DNA of 64,000 nucleotides. Source: Acidobacteriota bacterium (lineage in GTDB: Bacteria; Acidobacteriota; Thermoanaerobaculia; Gp7-AA8). The translations under genes and the position numbers were made by a program. Positions 58,665 through 64,000 of this stretch are shown piece after piece; position 1 is the stretch's first letter, and each line of letters begins with the position of its first letter. The notes under the pieces are model-generated. The model searched no databases. It was given only the letters and a program-made list of their open reading frames with translations, and was not told where the DNA came from. The DNA is taken from NCBI GenBank assembly GCA_019244185.1, contig JAFATB010000009.1, forward strand, positions 1 to 64,000. The letters are read 5' to 3'.

Positions 58665-59693
58665 ATGCGTTATCTCGTCACCGGCGGCGCCGGTTTCATC
58701 GGCTCGAACTTCATCCGCTTCCTCTTCAACAAGTACGGCGACGATGCCCAGGTCGTGAACCTCGACAAGCTCACGTACGCCGGCATCCGCGAGAACCTCG
58801 CCGAATACGAAGGGAAGCCGAACTATCGTTTTCTCGAGGGCGACATCGCCAATCCGGCCGATGTGACCGAGGCGTACCGCGGCGTCGACGGCAACGGCAC
58901 CGACGTCGTCGTCAACTTCGCCGCGGAGACGCACGTCGACCGCTCGCTGATGGAGGCCGGCACGTTCATCCAGACCGACGTGCACGGCGTCCTCGTGCTG
59001 CTCGAGGAAGCGCGCCGTCACGCGCCGAAGCTGCGCCGCTTCGTGCAGATCTCCACCGACGAGGTCTACGGCTCGATCGACGACGGCTCGTTCAGCGAAG
59101 GCGATCCGCTCAATCCGCGCAACCCGTACTCCGCGTCGAAAGCCGGCGGCGACCGCATGGCTTATGCGTACGGACAGACGTATGGCTTGCCGGTGATCGT
59201 GACGCGCGCCTCGAATAATTTCGGGCCTTATCAGTATCCGGAGAAACTGATTCCCCTCTTCGTCACGAACGCGATGGACGACCTGCCGCTGCCGCTCTAC
59301 GGCGACGGAAAAAATGTCCGCGACTGGCTCTTCGTCGACGACCACTGCGCCGCGATCGACTTCCTCATCGAGTACGGCACGAACTCCGAGACGTACAACA
59401 TCGGCGGCGGCAACGAGCGCGAGAACCGCGAGATCACGTACCGCATCCTCGAACTGCTGAAGAAGCCGGAGTCGCTCATCAAGCCGGTCGGCGACCGCCA
59501 GGGCCACGACCGCCGCTACTCCCTCGACACGCGCAAGCTCGAGCGCCTCGGATTCAAATGCGACACCGACTTCGACGCCGCCCTCGAGCGCACCGTGCGC
59601 TGGTACGTCGAGAACGAGCCGTGGTGGCGCGCCATCAAGGAGCGCAGCGCCGAGTTCCGCGCGTACTACGAGAAGCAGTACGCGAACCGGTAG
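58665..59693 (+). CDS. rfbB: dTDP-glucose 4,6-dehydratase
   Basis: LVTGGAGFIGSNF, DKLTYAG, FAAETHVDRS, STDEVYG, PYSASKA, PEKLIP, GHDRRY. Confidence 0.97.
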   Translation: MRYLVTGGAGFIGSNFIRFLFNKYGDDAQVVNLDKLTYAGIRENLAEYEGKPNYRFLEGDIANPADVTEAYRGVDGNGTDVVVNFAAETHVDRSLMEAGTFIQTDVHGVLVLLEEARRHAPKLRRFVQISTDEVYGSIDDGSFSEGDPLNPRNPYSASKAGGDRMAYAYGQTYGLPVIVTRASNNFGPYQYPEKLIPLFVTNAMDDLPLPLYGDGKNVRDWLFVDDHCAAIDFLIEYGTNSETYNIGGGNERENREITYRILELLKKPESLIKPVGDRQGHDRRYSLDTRKLERLGFKCDTDFDAALERTVRWYVENEPWWRAIKERSAEFRAYYEKQYANR

Positions 59694-59741
59694 GTGGCGC
59701 GAACCAGCAGGTGACGCGTCCGCGGTGCGCGGCCGCAGCGT

Positions 59742-60143
59742 CTAGCTCCCCGTGCATGCCCGGATGTCGTCCATCAGCCGGGCCATGTCGAACGGCTTCG
59801 CGTGGATCTTGTAGACCGGCACGTCGAAGCGGCGGAGGATCTCGCTCTCGGGGACGGCGGACGCGATGATCGTGCACTTCAGCATGTCCGGATGGTGCGC
59901 GCTGAGGTGGCGCAGCACGCCGAAACCGTCGACGCGCGGCATCATCAGGTCGAGCACGATGACGGAGTAGTCGTTGTGCGCGTCGATCTGTTGAATCGCC
60001 TCTTCGCCGTCGCGCGCCGTATCGACGTCGAGGTCCTGCCGGGAAACGACTTTGGACAGCATGGCGCGGATCGGGTCGTCGTCGTCGACGACCAGCGCGC
60101 GTTTTCTCTCGACCACGGATCCCGCAGCATTCAAAAAACGCAC
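59742..60143 (-). CDS. Single-domain response regulator receiver
   Basis: ALVVDDDDPIR, LDLMMPRVDG, IIASA, AKPF; start uncertain. Confidence 0.9.
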   Translation of the reverse strand: MRFLNAAGSVVERKRALVVDDDDPIRAMLSKVVSRQDLDVDTARDGEEAIQQIDAHNDYSVIVLDLMMPRVDGFGVLRHLSAHHPDMLKCTIIASAVPESEILRRFDVPVYKIHAKPFDMARLMDDIRACTGS

Positions 60144-60413
60144 CTAGGCCAGCGCGGAGATCAGCGCCACCGGCACGAGCACGATGGCCGCGAGGACGAT
60201 CAGCGGCACGACGACGGCCACGATGAGACTCACGACGGCGATGCCGGCGACGAGCAGGAACGCCATCTTGACGATGAACAGCACGGCGAAGAGCGGCAGC
60301 AGCAGGAGCTTGAGCGGCAGCAGCGCGAGCTTGATCGTGAACTTCAGCAGCGCCGCGCCGAGCGCGAGGACCACCACGCCGGCGACGAAGACGAAGACGA
60401 GAAAAGCGAACAT
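60144..60413 (-). CDS. Small, very hydrophobic membrane protein
   Basis: 89 aa with LLPLKLLLLPL; strong GGGAGG SD. Confidence 0.75.
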   Translation of the reverse strand: MFAFLVFVFVAGVVVLALGAALLKFTIKLALLPLKLLLLPLFAVLFIVKMAFLLVAGIAVVSLIVAVVVPLIVLAAIVLVPVALISALA

Positions 60414-60436
60414 GGTCGTTCCTCCCGCTTCGTTAC

Positions 60437-60462
60437 TACGGCGCGCGGCCTCGCGAGTTTCC
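60437..60462 (-). promoter_or_regulatory. Candidate ECF-sigma promoter
   Basis: Minus strand GGAAAC-N16-CGTA; same architecture as 18111-18136. Confidence 0.6.
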
Positions 60463-60470
60463 GCCGATGA

Positions 60471-61553
60471 TCAGCCGGCGTACGCCGCCGCAGCACCGTG
60501 GCGCTCGCCGACGTACACCGACTGCGGCCGGATGATCCGCCCGACGCGCCGCTGCTCGAATGCGTGCGCGAGCCAGCCCACCACGCGCGCGACGGCGAAC
60601 GTCGGCGTGAAGAGCGGCACCTCGAGCCCGAGGCCGTGCAGCAGGAGCGCGGTGTAGAACTCGACGTTCGTCTGCAGCTTGCGTCCCGGCTTGTGCTCCT
60701 CGAGCAGCCGCAGCGCCGTCGCCTCGACGTCGCGCGCGAGGTTGTAGAGGCTCATGTCGCCCGCGCGCGTGAACATCCGCTCCGCCGCCGCCGCGAGCAC
60801 GTCCGCGCGCGGGTCGCGCACTTTGTACACGCGATGCCCGAAGCCCATCAGCCGTTCGCCCGCCGCGATCTTCGCGCGCAGCACGCCTTCCGCGCGCGAG
60901 GCCTCGCCGATCTCGAAGACCATGTCGAGCGCCGGCCCCGGCGCGCCGCCGTGCAGCGGACCTTTGAGCGCGCCGACGGCGCCCACGATCGCGGAGACGA
61001 AATCGGATCCCGTCGACGCGACGACGCGCGCGGTGAACGTCGACGCGTTGAGCCCGTGATCGACGACGGTATTGAGATACGTTTCGAGCCCGCGTACGAG
61101 CTCCGCGTGCGGCTCGCGTCCCGTGAGCAGGTAGAGGTAGTTCGCCGCGATGCCGAGCTCCGCGCGCGGCGCGAGCGGTTCTACGCCATGAAGAAGACGC
61201 CAGTACGCGGCGACGATGACGGGGAAGCTGCCCGCGAGCATCCGCGCCGCGTCCGCGTCGTCTTCCGCGCTCAACGTGCCCGCGGCCATCCGCAGCGCGT
61301 CCATCACCGGCACGCGCTTCGGTGCGACGTCGCGCAACAGCTGCAGCGTGTGCGGCGGAAGCGCGCAAACAGCCGGTTTTCCCTCGAAACCAGCCAGTCC
61401 CCACAGCAGCGACGCGACGTCTTCGAAACCCCAAGACGCCAGCTCTTCGACCGCGTATCCGCCGATCACGAGCTCGCCCCGCTCGCCGTCGACCATGCTC
61501 AGCCGCGTCTCCGCGGCGACGATTCCTTCCAGTCCGTTGTGCACTTCGTTCAT
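60471..61553 (-). CDS. Citrate synthase / 2-methylcitrate synthase family enzyme (short type)
   Basis: GLEGIVAAETRLS.VDG, DHGLNASTF, LKGPLHGGA, MGFGHRVYK..DPR, NVEFY, IIRP.S.Y.G. Confidence 0.95.
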   Translation of the reverse strand: MNEVHNGLEGIVAAETRLSMVDGERGELVIGGYAVEELASWGFEDVASLLWGLAGFEGKPAVCALPPHTLQLLRDVAPKRVPVMDALRMAAGTLSAEDDADAARMLAGSFPVIVAAYWRLLHGVEPLAPRAELGIAANYLYLLTGREPHAELVRGLETYLNTVVDHGLNASTFTARVVASTGSDFVSAIVGAVGALKGPLHGGAPGPALDMVFEIGEASRAEGVLRAKIAAGERLMGFGHRVYKVRDPRADVLAAAAERMFTRAGDMSLYNLARDVEATALRLLEEHKPGRKLQTNVEFYTALLLHGLGLEVPLFTPTFAVARVVGWLAHAFEQRRVGRIIRPQSVYVGERHGAAAAYAG

Positions 61554-61559
61554 GCACCG

Positions 61560-61588
61560 AAACTAGGTTTGGTTCCGTGGGATGTCAA
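61560..61588 (-). promoter_or_regulatory. Sigma70 promoter of the citrate synthase gene (leaderless geometry)
   Basis: Minus strand TTGACA-N17-TAGTTT-N6-ATG. Confidence 0.75.
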
Positions 61589-61590
61589 CA

Positions 61591-61606
61591 TTGATTGTAC
61601 AATCAA
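61591..61606. promoter_or_regulatory. Perfect 16-bp palindrome, candidate operator
   Basis: TTGATTGTACAATCAA; contains the TACAAT -10 of the HTH-citrate synthase gene and abuts the -35 of the divergent gene. Confidence 0.8.
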
Positions 61607-61609
61607 CCA

Positions 61610-62791
61610 ATGGCTCGCAGGCCACAATGGATTGACGCACGCGAGGCGACCCGTCTCCTCGGCGTGAGCCGCGCGACGTTGTACGCGTACGTCAGCCGCG
61701 GCTACCTGCGCTCGGAGCCGGTGCCCGGCAAGACGCGCGAGCGCCGCTACGCGCGCGAGGATGTCGAACGCCTGCGCAGCCGCGCCGAGGAGCGGCGCAA
61801 TCCGGAGAAAGCAGCGGAACATGCGCTGCGCTGGGGCGTGCCGGTGCTCGAGTCGTCGATCACGCTGATCGCCGACGGGCAGCTCTACTACCGCGGCCAC
61901 GACGTCGTGGAGCTCGTGCATACGCGATCGCTCGAAGAAGTCGCGGCCCTCGTCTGGACCGGCTCGTTCGAAGCGGACATCTTCGATACGCCGCTCCACG
62001 TCGTCGGTGGCGGCGCCGCGCACGATCTGCCCTTCATCAGCCGTGCACAATCCGTCCTCCCGATCGTCGCCGCGCGCGATCCGCTCTCGTTCGACCTCCG
62101 TCCGAAAGCGGTCGCGCAGAGCGGCTGGCGCATTCTCAATCTGCTCACCAGCGTCGCCGCTGAATCGCAAACGCTGGAGGCGACGATCGAGGAGACGCTC
62201 GCACGCCGCTGGGCGCCGAAACAGAAACGCGCCGCGGACCTCATCCGCGCGGCGCTGATCGTCTGCGCCGATCACGAGCTCAACGTCTCCGCCTTCACCG
62301 CGCGCTGCGTCGCCTCCGCCGGCTCGAATCCGTACTCGGTCGTCGTCGCCGGCCTCGCCGCACTCGAAGGCACGAAACACGGCGGCGCCACCGCACGCGT
62401 GGAAGCACTCTTCGACGAGCTCCGCCGCGCCCGCGATCTCCGCCGCGCTCTCGCCGAACGCCTCCGCCGCGGCGATCCCATCGAGGGCTTCGGCCACCCG
62501 CTCTATCCCGAAGGCGATCCACGCGCACGCCTGCTGTTCGATCTCCTCCCGAAGTCGAAGGAGCTGACCTTCGCCCGCTCTCTCGCCAACGCCGCGAGCA
62601 CGGTCCTCGGCGAAGAACCCACCGTCGATTTCGCCCTCGTCGCCTTCGCCCGTGCGTTGGGACTCCCGCACGGCTCCGCCCTCACCCTCTTCGCCATCGG
62701 CCGCACGATCGGCTGGATCGCCCACGCCATCGAGCAATACGAGCAAAACGTGATGATTCGGCCACGTGCTCGGTACGTGGGGCCGCGGTGA
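61610..62791 (+). CDS. N-terminal excisionase/MerR-like HTH fused to a citrate synthase-like domain
   Basis: WIDAREATRLLGVSRATLYAYVSRG (HTH), then YYRG, ADHELNVSAF, HGGA, GFGHPLY..GDPRA, VDFA, IRPRARY. Confidence 0.9.
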   Translation: MARRPQWIDAREATRLLGVSRATLYAYVSRGYLRSEPVPGKTRERRYAREDVERLRSRAEERRNPEKAAEHALRWGVPVLESSITLIADGQLYYRGHDVVELVHTRSLEEVAALVWTGSFEADIFDTPLHVVGGGAAHDLPFISRAQSVLPIVAARDPLSFDLRPKAVAQSGWRILNLLTSVAAESQTLEATIEETLARRWAPKQKRAADLIRAALIVCADHELNVSAFTARCVASAGSNPYSVVVAGLAALEGTKHGGATARVEALFDELRRARDLRRALAERLRRGDPIEGFGHPLYPEGDPRARLLFDLLPKSKELTFARSLANAASTVLGEEPTVDFALVAFARALGLPHGSALTLFAIGRTIGWIAHAIEQYEQNVMIRPRARYVGPR

Positions 62792-62988
62792 GGGATGACG
62801 ATGGGGACGACGAAGGGCCTCCGGCGGGCCGGCGCGGCCGGCACCGCTAAGGGCTTAGCCGAGACGCACGTGCGGCTGCAGTCAACGACGTTAACCGCGA
62901 CCGCACGTGCGTCTCGGCTAGGCCCTTAGCGCCGCCGGCCTCGCCGGCCCGCCGGAGGCCTCTCGTCGTCCCCGTCGTCATCCCCTCA
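62789..62988. repeat. Palindromic dispersed element, copy 2
   Basis: About 200-nt hairpin filling the whole convergent intergenic gap; inverted homolog of 22701-22871. Confidence 0.88.
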
Positions 62989-64000
62989 GAGCCGCGACAC
63001 GTTGTCGAAGTACTTGACGAACGACACGATGCCGCCGCTGGCTTGGGGCCAGTCGTAGTTCTCGTTCGGGGCGTGGTAGCCGTGTTCGGGGAGCGAGAGG
63101 CCGAGGAACATCACCGGCGTCTTGAGCACCTTCTCCATCGAGATCACGGCGCCGATCGAGCCGCCTTCGCGGACGAAGACCGGCTCGCGGCCGAACGCGA
63201 ACTTCATCGCGTCGCGGACCGCGTCGGCGAGAGGACCACTGGTCGGCGCCTTGTAGGGCCACATCGAATTCTCGACTTCGATTTTGACGTCGGGATTGCG
63301 TTCTTTCACGAACGCGCGGACCAGCTTCTCGATCTTGCGCGGGTCCTGATTCGCGACCAGGCGGCAGGAGATCTTCACCTCGGCGCGCGGCGGGATGATC
63401 GTCTTGATGCCGGGGCCGGTGTAGCCGCCGACGAGGCCGTGAACCTCGAAGGTCGGCAGCGCCCAGATGCGTTTCATCACGTCGACGGGGTCGTCGCTGC
63501 GGATCGACTTGAAGAGGTGATCCTTCTTGAACTGCTTGATCGTGAAGCCGGACGCCTTGAAGTCTTCGATCTCGCGGCGGCTCGGCGGGACGACGTCGTC
63601 GTAGAAGCCTTTGAGCTTCACCTTCCCGGAGCGCGCGTCGAACATCTCGGAGACGAGCTGCATCAGCTCCGCGAGCGGATTGCGCGCGGCGCCGCCGGTG
63701 ACCCCCGAGTGCTGATCGGTCGTGCCGGTTTCGAGCGTCAGCGAAAAGCCCTGCAGGCCGCGGAGGCCGGCCGGGCAGGCGGGGCGTTGGCGGGAGACCC
63801 AGATCGTGTCGGAGACGAGGATGTGATCCGTGGCCAGCGTCTTCGCGTGCGTCTTGATGCCGCTCTCGAAGTTCGGCGAGCCGATTTCCTCTTCGAGCTC
63901 CCACAGCACGCGGAGGTTCAGCTTCACGCCGGCCTCGCGCGCGGCGCGGATGCCGTAGAGCGCGCTGAGCGCGGGACCTTTGTCGTCGGTGGTGCCGCGG
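62986..64000 (-). CDS. M20/M25/M40-family metallo-dipeptidase (5' end outside the window)
   Basis: RGTTDDKGP, ELEEEIGSP, GLRG, HSG..GG, REGGSIG, HAPNENY. Confidence 0.93.
   Translation of the reverse strand, partial: RGTTDDKGPALSALYGIRAAREAGVKLNLRVLWELEEEIGSPNFESGIKTHAKTLATDHILVSDTIWVSRQRPACPAGLRGLQGFSLTLETGTTDQHSGVTGGAARNPLAELMQLVSEMFDARSGKVKLKGFYDDVVPPSRREIEDFKASGFTIKQFKKDHLFKSIRSDDPVDVMKRIWALPTFEVHGLVGGYTGPGIKTIIPPRAEVKISCRLVANQDPRKIEKLVRAFVKERNPDVKIEVENSMWPYKAPTSGPLADAVRDAMKFAFGREPVFVREGGSIGAVISMEKVLKTPVMFLGLSLPEHGYHAPNENYDWPQASGGIVSFVKYFDNVSRL

Noticed and set aside
61591-61606. Reading the palindrome as an FNR site
   Set aside because: The half-sites TTGAT/ATCAA are separated by 6 nt, not 4; the adjacent HTH fusion is the simpler cognate factor
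61610-61790. Excisionase-like HTH as evidence of a prophage or ICE
   Set aside because: It is fused in frame to a citrate synthase domain, with no integrase, att site or phage genes nearby

Overview
High-GC bacterial chromosome segment. Gene content and protein style suggest an Acidobacteriota (possibly Thermoanaerobaculia-like) genome, which is inference only. 1-15868 holds the end of tuf and a complete S10-spc-alpha ribosomal protein cluster with secY, adk, map, infA and rpoA, closed by a bidirectional terminator. 15926-29103 is mixed housekeeping and accessory genes: membrane M28 peptidase, DUF4097 protein, a GlnA4-like gamma-glutamylation trio, EamA and SemiSWEET transporters, two single-domain receivers, and a TetR/ABC exporter pair. 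29100-57243 is a respiratory/envelope block: a HEAT-cyclophilin-thioredoxin lipoprotein, ccmABCDEFGHI, a diheme cytochrome c, a TPP-riboswitch operon (TonB receptor, PnuC, NadR-like kinase), alternative complex III actABCDEFG, sco and an A2-type caa3 oxidase. The end holds MATE, rfbB, a receiver, a divergent citrate synthase / HTH-citrate-synthase pair sharing a perfect 16-bp palindrome, and a partial M20 peptidase. The most unusual signals: (i) the HTH-citrate synthase enzyme-regulator with its candidate operator; (ii) two heptamer-repeat hairpins in the ACIII operon that appear to be translated, one forming the ActE signal peptide; (iii) a ~170-200 bp palindromic dispersed element whose ends sit on TGA stop codons; (iv) a TPP-controlled NadR-like kinase; (v) many leaderless-type promoters and a two-member ECF promoter motif. 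I saw no tRNA, rRNA, CRISPR array, transposase or integrase. All family calls are by eye from motifs; no searches were run.
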